From Vicugna vicugna (lineage: Eukaryota), in the NCBI GenBank assembly GCA_013265495.1, contig MU058636.1, positions 3,335,967 to 3,399,966 of the forward strand: DNA of 64,000 bases, in the 5' to 3' direction. Below, one piece after another: positions 1 to 12,139 of the stretch. Made by a program: the position numbers and the translations under genes. Under the pieces are notes generated by a model. It saw only the letters and a program-made list of their open reading frames with translations. It was not told the origin of the DNA and did not search any database. Position 1 is the first letter of the stretch, and each line of letters starts with the position of its first letter.

Positions 1-121
1 TTTCTGAGGTTGATCCATGTTTACAAATGTAACGTTAGTCCATTCATTTTAATTGCTGTAACAATATAATACAGTTTGTCCATTTTCTATTGATGGATAT
101 TTAGGTTATTACTAACTTTAA

Positions 122-400
122 TGTCTTCGTGCATTCAGGCTGCTGTACCAAAAAACAGACTGAATGGCTTATAGACAACAGAAACTCATTTCTCACAGTT
201 CTGGGACTGGGAGCCAGATTCAGTGTCAGATTGCTAGTCATGCACAGCTGGCTTCCTGCTGTGTGCCGACATGACAGAAGGGGAGAGGGGACTCTCTGGG
301 GTTCCTTTTATAAGAGCAATAATCCCATTCACAAGGGCTCCTCCTTCATGACCTAATCACCTCCCAAAGGCCCACCCCGAAATACATACCATTACATTGG
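122..400 (-). mobile_element. MaLR LTR (MLT1A/MST-like)
   Basis: tgtctt...ggctgctgtaccaaaa...caacagaaactcatttctcacagttctgg...catgacctaatcacctcccaaaggccc is typical antisense MLT1A. Confidence 0.85.
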
Positions 401-469
401 TACACAGTTCGGTTCTTGGTCACTTTATAAAAAGGATAGTCTTTCCTCCATTGTCCAATAAAATTTTTC

Positions 470-715
470 TCATTTTTGGCTAAAACTTCATCAAAATGGC
501 TTTCTCCATCCCTATTTCTACCAACACTCTGCCCAGGATTACTTGAGAAGATTGAGGCTTCCTCTCCAGCTCTCACCAGAATCAGCCCTAATGGTCTAGT
601 CACAGCAATGTTGCTTTTTACCTCAAAACTCTTCCAGCCTCTACCCATCACCCAGTTCCAAAGCCACTTGCATATTTTTAAGTATTTGTTACAGCAGCCC
701 CGACTCCTGGTACTT
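470..715 (-). mobile_element. MaLR internal region, 5' part (MLT1-int/MST-int)
   Basis: Reverse strand reads gtaccaggagtc...gctgtaacaaatac...gtggctttggaactgggtgatgggtagaggctggaagagttt. Confidence 0.75.
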
Positions 716-1079
716 CACTAGTACTAAAAATTGTACAGTGAACATTCTTGGACAGTACCTTGTGTGTGTGCGTGCAAGTTTTTATAGGGCTTATGCCAAG
801 GAGTAGAATAGTAGATAAGAAAGCCTGTTCATCTTCAACTTTCCCAGACCTTTCCAACTGTCTTCTAAAGCAGTTGTATCCACTTACCCTCACAAGTGCA
901 AGCCTTCCTACTTCACCTATCTTGGAATTATCCAGCATTTTTATTTTTGCTGGTCTGGTAAGTGTGGAAGTATGAAGGTGTACTGGGGTTTGAAATGGGT
1001 ATCACTGGATGAGTGCTGTCGGTCAGGAATATGGGGCTGAAACCAAGGAAGGAGAGGAAGTCAAATATAAATTATGCAA

Positions 1080-1634
1080 TGTATTAGTTATCTATTGCTG
1101 TGTAACAAATTACCACGATCTTATGGGCTCGGGACAGCACACATTTATTGTCTCAGTTTCTGTGGGCCAGGAATCCAGGCTCAATTTAGCTGAGTTGTCA
1201 ACTTCAGGGTGTCCTCCCAAGGCTGCAGTCAGGATGTTGGCCAGGACTAGAGTCTCATCTGGAAGCCTGACTGGGGAAAGACCCTCTTCCAGGCTCACAT
1301 GGTTGTTGGCAGGATTCAGGTCTTTGCAGGGAGCTGAACTAGGGGCCTTAGTTCCTTGCTGGCTCTCGGCCAGCTCCTCTCTTCAGTTCTCTGCTATCTG
1401 AGCCTCTTCGTAGAGCAGCTCATAATGTGCCAACTTGCTTCATCAAAGCCAGCAAAGGTAAGATGTGCTAACAGAATGTAAGTCAGAATCTTAAGTGATC
1501 TGTTCATGGAAATGTCATTCTTTGCATATTCTGTTGATTAGAAGCAAGTCATACTTTCCCACCCATACTCAGGGGAAATGTGAATACTAAGAGGTGGGGA
1601 CCATTACAGGTCATCTTAGGCTCCGTTTGCCACA
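1080..1634 (-). mobile_element. MaLR LTR (MLT1F/G-like)
   Basis: tgtattagttatctattgctgtgtaacaaattaccac...tctcagtttctgtgggccaggaatccagg, ending ...tgccaca. Confidence 0.85.
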
Positions 1635-1644
1635 GGCAGGTATA

Positions 1645-1888
1645 GTAGTTAAGGATACTCATTAGCCGGCCATTACAGACCCAAATAATAGCAGGCTAAA
1701 CAGGGCTAGACATTTATTTCTTTCATTTAGAAGTCTGGACAGGCAGTACAGAACTGTTATGGCAGCTCCATAATCATCAAGGACCCATGCTCCTTCTGTC
1801 TCATTGATCTGCCATTCACAACACGCAGCTCCTACCTCATGGTACAAGTTAGCTGCTCCTGCACTGGCCACTAGGCTGCATTCCAACC
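1645..1888 (-). mobile_element. MaLR LTR fragment (MLT1J/K-like)
   Basis: gacccaaataatagcaggctaaaca...atttatttct...ggcagctccataatcatcaaggaccca. Confidence 0.6.
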
Positions 1889-1889
1889 A

Positions 1890-2612
1890 CTCTAATCCTT
1901 TGCACGTACTGTAGCCAGAATAACTGGTCTAAAATGCAAAACTAATCATGTCACTCCTCTGGGTGAAAACTGGTCAGTGGCATGTCCAGCCTACAACAGA
2001 GTATCCCAAATATAATTTACCATTAAACCCTGTACTCAGTACAAACATCCATTTATATGCACACACACACACATCTATAACTGAAACATAAATTTCATGG
2101 AACAAAACTCGCCCTTGCTACATATCATACTCTCTGATACTACCTACTCTATTTCTTTGACTTTTAATTCACAAATGACTAAGGAATATGGAAAACACTG
2201 GCCTACTGAATACAGTCCGGGGTACATGTGATATATATAGTGGGGACTGGTGGTGCTTGCTTTTACTAGCTCTAGGCCCTCCGACCTCCTCGTGCTCCCT
2301 TACCTCTGTGCCTGTATACCTCCTTCCTTTGCCTGTCACCACCTTCCCCACCCCACTGTCCATCTACCTCCCAGCTCCTCTTGTCCTCCCAGAATCAGCT
2401 TACACGTCCCCCCTGGAACCCATTTCCTGGCCCCCAGTCCCCTTCCTGGTGCCTTCCACCAGCATAGCCTTTCTGCTTCCTCACTAAACAATCCGTTCCT
2501 TCAAAATGAGAACCATGTCCTCTTGGCTGTTTATCCCACCTCTTGTATCGTGCTTGACATTAAGTCAAAACTCAATACATGTTTCTTATATGAATAAAGA
2601 AAGGAATGAATG
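1890..2612 (+). mobile_element. L2 LINE 3' fragments, interrupted by a probable DNA-transposon remnant at ~2000-2210
   Basis: aaaatgcaaaactaatcatgtcactcctctg; 3' tail ctcaatacatgttt...gaataaagaaaggaatgaatg. Confidence 0.6.
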
Positions 2613-3031
2613 TCATAGAGAAAGAAGTTCCTGCCAACATTTATTGAAAATCTATTGAATGTAGAGTACTGTGCTGGAAGAGTTATGAAAAAAAAAATAG
2701 TGGAACTTGACAGTGATAAATTTTTTAAAAGAAGTATAAAATGACCTGTATTTATAAATAAGAAGTGTCTTTACAACAAAGTGCCATCAGATATCTCACT
2801 GACAGTGCACTGAATGATGAAAGTGGGGTTGAAGGAAGTCATTTCTTTGATCCCTTTCCTTAACTGATTCCTTATTTTCATCTCTTACAAGGGAAACCTC
2901 AGACATCTCTCTCCTAACCCGGGTCTTCTTTCCAACAGCAAAACCCAGTGTTAAGTAAAACCAGAGCTGTTCAAGTGATTGTGATCAAATACCCACATGC
3001 CTAATTCAGGGCCCTCCAAATAGGCCCAGGG

Positions 3032-3529
3032 GCCCCCTCACACCTGTCAGGATGGCTGTCATCAAAAGGAACACAAATAACAAATGTGGGCGAGGATGTG
3101 GAGAAAAGGGAGCCCTCATGCACTGTTGGTGGGAAGGTAAATGGGTGCAGCCACTGTGGAAAACAGTATAAAGATTCCTCAAAAACACTAAGAACAGAAC
3201 TACCATATGATCCAGCTAGTCCACTTCTGGACAGTTATCCAAAGAAAAGGAAAATACTAATTACAAAAGACATCTTCACCCCCATGTTCCCTGCAGCATG
3301 ATTCACAATTGCCTAGATATGGAAACAACCTAAGTGTCCATCAATGGATGAATAAATGAATGAAGATGTGAATACTACTCACCCATCAAAAGGAATGAAA
3401 TCTTGCCATTCATGACAACATGGATGGACCTTGAAGATAACGTGCCCAGTGAATTAAGTCACACAGAGAATTCCAAATACTGCATGATTTCACTCACATG
3501 TGGAATCTAAAACAAAACAAAACAAAACA
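3032..3529 (+). mobile_element. 5'-truncated L1 (ORF2 end plus proximal 3'UTR) with (AAAAC)n tail and 14-bp TSD
   Basis: ORF 3086-3301 ([15 protein letters not shown]...[11 protein letters not shown]) resembles the L1 ORF2p C-terminus; aaataggcccaggg at 3018-3031 and 3530-3543. Confidence 0.93.
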
Positions 3530-4009
3530 AAATAGGCCCAGGGAGCCCAGATGAGGGAATATGACATATTACAGGTTTTAAGTGGTGAAGGACACACAGC
3601 AGCTGCCTCAGATGCCATGGTGAGCAGGGAAATTCAGACATGCAGCTGGAAGGGACAGGTGAATCCAAAATGCGAATCCACTCCTTTGACCCTGGGAAAC
3701 CCAGGCTGCTCTGGTCAGTTCTGCAATCCCAGCTGGTAAATGAATCAACCAGGCCAAAAATACATGCAGACTATGTTGGAAAGAATGAAATGTTGTGGAG
3801 TAACAACTTATACTTTTCAGATAGTTTTAAATCTCAAGGGCAAGAAAACAGCGTTATAAACAACCTGACCTCTCTCAAACCACTGCTTTTCCCCTCTGCG
3901 TAATAACAATAGCAGCAGCTTATATTTGTCCTGAGTTTTATAATCTACAAGAGACCATCCGGGATTTTAATTCACAACAGTACTATTTATTACAAGGGAA
4001 AAAAATCAG

Positions 4010-4200
4010 AAACCTGGATTCTAACATCAACACTGCTAGCTGCTTAGCTGTGTGAACTTGGACGTGTCCTTCAGCCTTTCTGAGCTTCATTTCCTCACCT
4101 GTAAAAAAAAAAAAAATGTACATAATGCTACCTTCCCTGTGTGCCTCACAGGGTCCTTTTACGGGGACAAAGCTGGGGGTTTTTGTAAAAGTGCTTTATA
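4010..4200 (+). mobile_element. MIR SINE
   Basis: Core gctgtgtgaacttggac...ctgagcttcatttcctcacctgtaaaa. Confidence 0.75.
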
Positions 4201-4414
4201 GCTGGGAGGGCAATACATGGGTGTCAGGTCTTAGCAAACTCTTCTGACAAAATAATGAGAGGAATACTTGTGATACAGTTTTTACTTCTACAGGGCCCTT
4301 CACTGCAGCTTTTTGGTAATTCTCCAGCGTCTTATTGCTTGTATAGCACCCCTGTTGCTACCCCCTCTACAGGTATACCAGCGGCTGGCCAGCGAAGCAG
4401 GAGGTTCTTTCTTC

Positions 4415-5122
4415 TAGAGTGACTTCAGAGAAGTGATCAGCATCACCTGGAGAACTTGAACTCTACAGATGTCTAGGCCCCACACTGTGGCCAATTAAAT
4501 TTGTTTTTCATTTTTTAGTTTTATTAGGTAGAAATGTTACAGTTTGACTGCACATATACAACATATTGCATATAAGTACATATATAAAATATGCTGCACG
4601 TATTTTTTTAAATTTACATATATGTACTATTCATTGTTTCTAAGAACAGTTAAGAGCTTTAGCTTTTTAAATTTACATAGTTATCAAAGGAACAAAGCCA
4701 ATCACAAAATAAGAATCAACAGAACACAATAATTCAATTATAAAGGACAATCAAATGTGCTTGCATATATTCAAGAAATTAGTCATCTAAGTTATAAATA
4801 ATATGTAGATCATTTGTGTCCTTTTTTTTAAGATTCCACATGAGTGATATCATATGGCATTTTTCCTTCTCTTTATGGATTACTTCACTTAGAATGACGA
4901 TCTCCATGTCCATCTATGTTGCTGCAAATGGCATTATTTTATTCTTTTTTATGGCTGAGTAGTATTCCATTGCACATATATACCACATCTTCTTTATCCA
5001 GTCATCCGTTGATGGACAGCCAATTACAATTTTAATCTGAGGGTAGGAAGGTCCTGGGTATCAGTATTCCCTGAAGTTCTCCAAGTGATTCTGCTTTGCA
5101 GCTAAGGTTGGGACCCGCTGCT
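4415..5122. mobile_element. MER5B hAT-Charlie MITE split into two halves (4415-4502 and 5019-5122) by an insertion
   Basis: atcagcatcacctggagaactt...ccaattaaat on the left; aatctg...ccaagtgattctgc...ggttgggacccgctg on the right. Confidence 0.75.
4810..5018 (-). mobile_element. Short, relatively young L1 3' fragment (part of composite insertion 4503-5018)
   Basis: agattccacatgagtgatatcatatgg...ttacttcacttagaatgac...gctgcaaatggcatt...ggctgagtagtattccattg. Confidence 0.92.
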
Positions 5123-5479
5123 GTGTAGCCCACAAGTCCATCTATCTGTTCCAGAGACGGAAGCACACAAGCACGGGTGTCTGCGGTCACTTGGGAAAGA
5201 GATCGAGGACTTGGACCTTGGACCACAAAGATCCTAAAGTCCCACCATTGCACAGGTAGGCAACATGGGCCACGTGCATGTGGTGGGAAAGGTGCTGAGT
5301 ACACAGGAGACGCCTGAGCTGTCAGGGCCCTGCTCCTCGTCACTGCTCCTCTGCTAAGATCTGCTTCTCAAGAACATTCCACAGTAACTCCCCTATGTCA
5401 CAGGGATCTGAAACTTGAACACATCTATTAAACAAGAAATCTCAGAGAATAAGCACGTCTTCTACAAATGGCCAGCCCT

Positions 5480-5900
5480 ATCATTTTTCCCACTGATAAT
5501 AAGTAATTAATCATGCATTATTTAATATTAGCTTCTTCCATTCAATTCCAATGCACTTGCAAATTAACATGTTCTATGTGTTTCATTTTAGGGTTAACCA
5601 AGTAAGCACAAATTTACTTTACAAATGTGATATATTTCATATCTGTTAAAAATATTTAGCTTTTGGTAAAAACATCAGTTTAGTTGTTTGGCTCAAATTT
5701 CTTAAAGAAATTTCCATTATTGGAAGAAAATATCCAGCAAAAATCCAGAGTATTACTGCAATTAGACCTTTGACTTTGTGTATTCGTCAGAGATGGATAA
5801 CAGTTCCTCATCTATTCACTTCTGAATTCCCTGCTTATTCCAGAAATGGAGAAACAAAATACATCAAAGGATTTGATTTTGGGGGCATCTTTAGATCCAG
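5480..5900. promoter_or_regulatory. Candidate enhancer (AT-rich, repeat-free)
   Basis: Homeodomain-type TAATTA cluster, DR1/HNF4-like gacctttgactttg (~5765), TCF/LEF acatcaaag (~5861). Confidence 0.3.
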
Positions 5901-6714
5901 GCACCAGATTTTTAGAAAGGGACATTCCCTTAAAGTGGTCCTGTAAGAAATTATCTTGGGATGACTTATATTGTCTCATGTGATCACTTCTCTCACAAGA
6001 CTGGAAACAATTTGGTTGGAGTAAATCCCTGTTATAAGACCTGGAGATTTAAATCATGAAGAGGTTTATCTCTCATCTGAGAAGAGTTTATAGACCACAG
6101 CGATGGCCTGGAGACAAATGCTCGGGTCTCAGGGGCCCCACAAAGGCAGTAATTAGGCAGCATTTTATTGTGAGGCAGTGAGGGTGCCTGGGATAGAGCA
6201 AGGCAACTCTCCAGGGCTTAGGAAGGAAATTGGCTTCCTGGAGAGCCAGTAGAAGAAGTCTGGCAACCTAAAAATATGCAAAGAGCTTAGGACCCCCAAG
6301 GGAGAGTTTCCAGCTACTGAAGTGGAAAAAGATTAAGCATTTGCTAAGTCCAAAAAAGGCATTTTTTTTTAATGAAAAACTCAGCAAAGTGCAGACTGTT
6401 GTAGGACACCCTAAAAAAATAATAATAATTAAGATCTTACCTATCATACACAGAGTAATCAAATTAGAGACTTTATATATTCTTTATAATGACATAAGAA
6501 AAAGGATCTAAAAACAGACTGGACAGATAACGAACTGGTCCTTCTCCAGAGTTTGTCAGAACACAGCACCTTCATTATATAGATGGATCTCACCATCTCT
6601 CAGGCATAAACCTTGATGTGGTCTTCAAGATCTTTTCCTCTGGCCTCTAATTACATTTCTGCTTCTTATTCCTCAACATTGCTTACATTTCAAAAGGTCC
6701 TTACATGAATGAGA

Positions 6715-6947
6715 TGCAGTATACGGGCTGGGTTTAAACTCTTGGGCATCAGGTCCAGCCGCCTGGCCCAAGCTCTCTGACCTTGGCAATGACTTCCCTT
6801 CTTTGTGCTTTGGTCTCCTTGCCTGTGTAATGGGGATAACAGCCTCAGTGGGTTGTCAGCAGAATTAAAGCAGTTACTCTATGGAAAAGCACTTGGAAAA
6901 GTGTCCAACACATGGTAAGAACTCAATAAATATTTGCTATTATTATC
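6715..6947 (+). mobile_element. MIR SINE
   Basis: tgaccttggcaatgacttccc...aatggggataaca...catggtaagaactcaataaatatttgctattattat. Confidence 0.85.
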
Positions 6948-7139
6948 ACCACACTTTGTATTTCCTTAGCGCCTATAAAAATATTTCACATCTCTTTAAA
7001 ATAAAAAAAGACACATAGTCTAACAAAGGATCGTTTTCAGATTCTTAGATGTGTTTGCATGGGAAGTCTCAACACACCATTGAATTACACATTTAGTGTG
7101 TTATTTTTCTTATTACATAACAATCTTAAAGCCCAGGAT

Positions 7140-7720
7140 GTATTCTACCAGGTGGTCCCTGATCTCAACCAGCTGATACTGCATTTAAGAAACAGAATAT
7201 ACACTCATGAAACACTCATTAAAAATCCAAAGCAGTTCATGATTGTGTATAAAGTAAGCAGTTCAGACCATAGTAGCTACAAAAATATGGAAGAGAAGGA
7301 ATTTGGAGGGAATGAAGCCTTCACTGTGCACATAAAGTACAGAGAATAGCACGTAGCCCCCGCAGGAGGGACACCAGGGAAGTGAAGGCAAGTAAATGAA
7401 ACCGTGCATCCGGGACAGGTGATCTGCATTTGGACTTCAGTGAGATGGGTTGACAAGCTGCTCCAGGGACAGGCTGCATGGCTGAGGGCTTCAAATGTCA
7501 GACTGCAGGGTTTGATTTTGCCCTGAGAATCCCTGAAGTTTTGTTAGTTGGGGAGTGGCATAAACACAGTTATATGCAAGGTAGGTTCCCGTGGAGAGAG
7601 ACCAGAAGCCAGGAGAAAGTGGGATGGCTTTTAATAATAATTTAAATAGCAGGTGATGAGGTCTCGGACCAAGGTGGGGACATTGGGAACAAAAAGTAAG
7701 TGAGAGTCATGAAAAGCTAA
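7140..7720 (-). mobile_element. L2 fragments
   Basis: gtggtccctgatctcaa; gtttgattttgccctgag...aggtgatgaggtctcggaccaaggtgg. Confidence 0.55.
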
Positions 7721-8049
7721 CAAAGATTTGTCCCCTCACTCCATTCTCACAGCCAGTGCTCTCTAGACTGTGTGTTCCCTAGGTTTCTGGGGTACCTGAG
7801 CTCTGGTGCTTCCTCTCCCCCTTCCTAGGTGCCCAGGACAGAGGCCCCCCCCACACCCCCAAGAAATGATTCCAATGTCCTAGTGGGCCCTGTCGCCCTT
7901 TTGTTGTGTCTATGTTCCATATTCATAAATCACATTTGTGTCTTGCTCTTTCTGAAGGTCACATAGCATTTCCCAATTGTGTAGGATTTTTAAAAACTAT
8001 TTTTATTGGAATTGGTGAATAATTTAAAATTATTAAGTCATTAGTAAAT

Positions 8050-8150
8050 TATGTAGTAGTTTCAAAGGTTAGAATAGTATATACTTGAGATGGATGCAGT
8101 TTCTTGTACCTAAATTATTCCTCAATAAAGCTGATGAGAAAAAAAAAAAA
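8050..8150 (+). mobile_element. Old L1 3' terminus with poly(A)
   Basis: gcagtttcttgtacctaaattattcctcaataaagctg followed by an A-run. Confidence 0.65.
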
Positions 8151-8584
8151 CAGGTCTGATAATGGGGGATACAGAGAGGTGACAATTAAAGCTTGAAGAT
8201 GACATAAAAAAGCTTAATTTTAGTCGCAGGGCATGAGAGCTTGTAGTTTAGAAGGTTATGTCATTTGTTTTGTGTATGATAATACGTCTCACATCGTATC
8301 ATGCGATCATCTTTTTACCCAAGATTAACAAAGTGGAATAACCAGAACAACCCACTTCTGTTTCCGTGAGTATCAGGGCCCGAACCTGCAGTCATCTGCT
8401 TCCACTTACCACCTCACTGGAGCAGACGCCCAGCCACGCCATGGAGCGTAGTTTAAAGTTGTGATTAGTCTAGATAACCTCTTAAAACGCCTTTCAACTC
8501 AGCAAGTAATGTACGGCTTCATGTTCTCTGTGCTGCATTTGATGAAGGTGGCGGCGTGCAGAGCGGCTCCGCTCAGAGAGCTCT

Positions 8585-8755
8585 TACTGGGCGTCAGCAT
8601 CACCTGGGGGCTTGTGTGAGAAACAGGTTAGAAATGCAGACACTCCATCCCCACCGAACACCCTCCCAGTTAGTGGGGGCCGGGCCCCCAAGTCCAGTGA
8701 CTGTGTTTTACATCAGGAACAGGGAAGGCGCACACACATGTGTGAAAGCCATGGT
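8585..8755. mobile_element. MER5A-like MITE
   Basis: cagcatcacctgggggcttg...ttagaaatgcagacact. Confidence 0.65.
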
Positions 8756-9369
8756 CCACGCAGCGGGCGGGAAGCGGAAATATACTGAAGGGCCACGTGG
8801 CTAAAAAATAAAAAAATGTATGTTGTATAAAATGTTGTATAAATGTTGTATAAAAATATAGAGATACATGTCATAGATACACATTTTATAGTTATATTAG
8901 CATATGTGTATGTTTTATAGTTTATAGCTATATATTCTATAGAGATAGAATATTCCTCTATTTTTAAATTTTGGAACTTACTATTTCCAGTTGAATTTTC
9001 ACAACACTAATTCACCTTAAGTACTATCTTATGGCAATTTCCAGGAAGGGAAGGGAGAAGGGAAAGAGAGTGGGAAGAGTTCATATATTTTATATATTGT
9101 TTTAAGCACTGAGAAATAAATTCTTACCCTCTCCCTAATACTGCGATCACTTGGGGGAGTGAGAGTTCCTTTAGATTAAAAATGGTGTGAACACAGGTGA
9201 CTATAAATTGACATTCTTTTCTACATTTTTTAGAGCATACATCTTCCCAAAAGGCTTGGCTTCTTGAGTCTAGTCACAGTACACACTCTCACGTGCCACC
9301 CAAGGTGGGAGTCACAGTCGTCCTGCACGCTACATGACAAGCAGCCTGTGTTCCTCCAAAACCAACAGC

Positions 9370-9848
9370 CACCTCTCACAGTTTGCATATGCTCCCCCCT
9401 CCACAAGGGCGCCTAGCTCTGTCACAGCTCAGTGCCTTTGCTCATGACCTTTCTTCTGCCTGGAAGTCCCTCTGGCCACTTGTCTACCAGGCCAAATCCT
9501 TCCCATCCATCGAGGCTTAGCTCAAATACTCTGTCCTCTGGAAGCACTTCTAGAATTGCCCAGGCAGGTTTAGAGCCCTCTTCTCCTGGAGCTTCACACA
9601 CACACACACATGCGCGCGCGCACACACACGCACGCACGCGCACACACACACCCCTTTATACACAAATCCCTTACAGCCATTACACCTCCTCTCATTGCAA
9701 ATACGACACTCAAATCCATCTCTCCATTGGACTAAGTCCCACGAGGACAGGAAGGACATCTCTCCTTTGCGTTCTCAGCAGCTGGCTTATTGCCCAGTAA
9801 AAAGAATTGTTTAATGAACTGAACAAATGAATGAATGAATGAATGAAT
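9370..9848 (+). mobile_element. L2 3' end
   Basis: ttctgcctggaag...aggcttagctcaaatact...; terminal (TGAA)n. Confidence 0.75.
9596..9651. repeat. Compound (CA)n/(CG)n microsatellite
   Basis: cacacacacacacatgcgcgcgcgcacacacacgcacgcacgcgcacacacacac. Confidence 0.95.
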
Positions 9849-10049
9849 TATATCTAAACAAAGTTCTACAGGAGCAAAGAAATGGGAGTTACAACCCCTG
9901 ACTAGCCACACAGAGGAGATAGCATTGGGCCTGGATATCAAAGGGCCAATTTGATTTTACCTGGAAGAATAAAGAAGAAAAGAATTACAAACAGAAGAAT
10001 CAGAGGACAAAGTCATGGTGGGGGGACAAGCCATGGTCTCAGAGAGCAA

Positions 10050-10570
10050 CCAGCAGTCCAGGTGCAGGAGAAGACAGTGCGGAAGAGGAAGGAGGGCCCA
10101 TCTGAGGGCCAGAATAATGTGCTCAGGAGTTTGGGCCTCCCTCTGATGTGACGAAGATTCACGAAGGAATTCTGAACAGGGGGGAGATGCGATTGCACTG
10201 GAGAGTGTTTTTGGAGAATAATGCTAGAGACAAAGCAGTTACAGTAAGTAATAGCCTGACAGAGCAGAGCCACAGGGGAACAAGGGAAATGAAAGGGATA
10301 TGAGAAGAGTTTTGGACACAGGGTCAAGTTGACCAGTTGAACATGGAAAGTGTGGAGCAAGTGCAGTAGAAGTTGCCCTAAGCTTTCCTGCCTGGCAGCT
10401 GAGTGGACGCCGCCCCTAGCCCACAGCACCCACCGGCCCATCTCACCTTCACCAGCAGATCACAGGCTCTGAGAGAACAAGGATCTTAGCATATTCCTTG
10501 CGTCCCCTGCAGCTCCTAACGCACAACCTCATCCAGAGGCACTTAGTCAGCATTTGTCAAGAGAATTAAT
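10050..10570. mobile_element. L2 fragments (minus ~10050-10420; plus 3' end ~10460-10570)
   Basis: aggagtttgggcct...; ctaagctttcctgcctggcagctgagtgga; gaggcacttagtcagcatttgtc. Confidence 0.5.
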
Positions 10571-12139
10571 GTTTCCTATAGTCTCCAAATACATAAAAAA
10601 GGAAAAGAGCACAATACTCATCATGTCTCTTTTTCAGAGAGACTCTGAGTTTTTCTTAAATTCTCAGCATGTTTTTCAACCACATGGGAATTCACGACTG
10701 TATCAACCATAGTCTTAAACTTGTGCACCCACCAAACTGACCCCGCTGGTCACAGCACAGTCCTCTAAGACAGTGTGGGTGGGGGTGCAACAGGCAAGTG
10801 GTTGGTGTTTTCACGTTTTTGGAGGGAGAGCGATGAGTTTCCGTCCTCTGAAAAAGGAATCCAAAACAATAAAAACAGGCTGAATGTTTTCCTCCAGTGG
10901 AAGAAAAGAAAGCAAACCCGGCTACAGGTAAATTGAAATCTTCAAATAGACCCATAATACATTGCCGAGACAGTCTCTGGATAATGGCTTTAGTTAGACT
11001 GGGGCCACAAATCTTTACATTTCTTCATTCGCCTGGCAGGACTAATGAGATTTTATGGCGGGCAAGCTGTTTATCCCTTGGGTGACATTGGCAAGAACAA
11101 CTGTATCTTTATCAATCAAGAGTTTTCTGCATTGCAGCTTCCTTCCCCACAAACGACTGCCCTACCTTAGATCACCACATTTACAACGTGTAAGAACCTC
11201 ATTTCTTCACGTAAACGCTCCACCCATCCCCTTCTGTTACTTGCATTGAATCATTCCTTCATAGAGTCACATTACTTCATAAAAGCGGCTGGCAGAAGAA
11301 ATGGATAGAAGCAAAAGAGAAGAGAAGAGTTTCAAAGGGATCTGAGAAGAGATGCAGGGCTGAGAGCCCCACGTGTACAACATCACGTGTGCCCAACAGG
11401 CCAGTAGGAAGAGAGCGGCAGACAAGCTGCTGCTCCTGAGTACCATCGTTGCCAAACAGGGAGAGGAGGCTTCGCTCCCATCAGCAGGGTCTGGGAATAA
11501 GAGGGGGTGACTGCCACTCCAATCTGGGACAAGGATTCAGCCCCTCTTTGGAGGTTTGCATGTTGCCACAATAGGCTGCAATGTCTTTTTCCAGCACTGG
11601 TACACACGCACATATACAAACTCACATACTCGACACTTGCCATCACAGATGCCTATGATGAAATGTCTATTCTCCCTTGGTAACTAGGAAAGGGTCCCCA
11701 GTTCTCAGACCAAATTGGTTTGGAGAAATGATCCAGCAAAAGTCAATGAGTAGCTTCCAGTTCTGGGCAAGATGGAGTAGGCACCCTCACTCCACCCTGC
11801 TTCTCCCACCAGGGTGTCTCCTGGACAGAATGCAGGGAGCAGCAATCAGGATCAAGCAGGTTGACTGGGGAAGAAAACATGAATTCATAGTACTATCGAC
11901 TGGCTGAAGATCTACCATTTTTCCCCTCTGGGATTCCCTGGAAGGGACTCAAGGCAGCCTGAAGCCCAGAAGTGGGCACTGGCGTGGACAGGGAGAGCTC
12001 CAGCAGAAATCCTCTCGTTCAGCCTCAAGGTGTGAGAAAGGCATCTTCTGGCAGTGCCAGTGGCAGCACGTAGGTTCCCAACCGCAGGAGTTTCTAGCAT
12101 GAAATCTAAAACCCGTCCCCATACAAGCAGGGCAAGGAG

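Larger units (their letters stand above)
1..1010 (-). mobile_element. Old L1 (L1M/L1ME-like) 3' region in two pieces (1-120 and ~730-1010), split by a MaLR element
   Basis: Antisense L1 motifs: ttgatccatgt...ccattttctattgatggatatttaggtt, and gtgaacattctt...ggagtagaat...caactgtcttctaaagcagttgtat. Confidence 0.7.

Noticed and set aside
3086..3301. ORF with L1 ORF2p similarity (also 13553-13774, 36662-37041 and 63408-63852)
   Set aside because: These are dead L1 fragments, not host genes
8403..8445. Minus-strand ATG...GTG|gtaagt (MAWLGVCSSEV) possible first exon
   Set aside because: No supporting promoter or downstream exon; isolated donor matches are common
8815..8856. Three copies of an 11-12 bp unit (aatgttgtata) as a possible array
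   Set aside because: Simple slippage repeat with no spacers; not CRISPR-like
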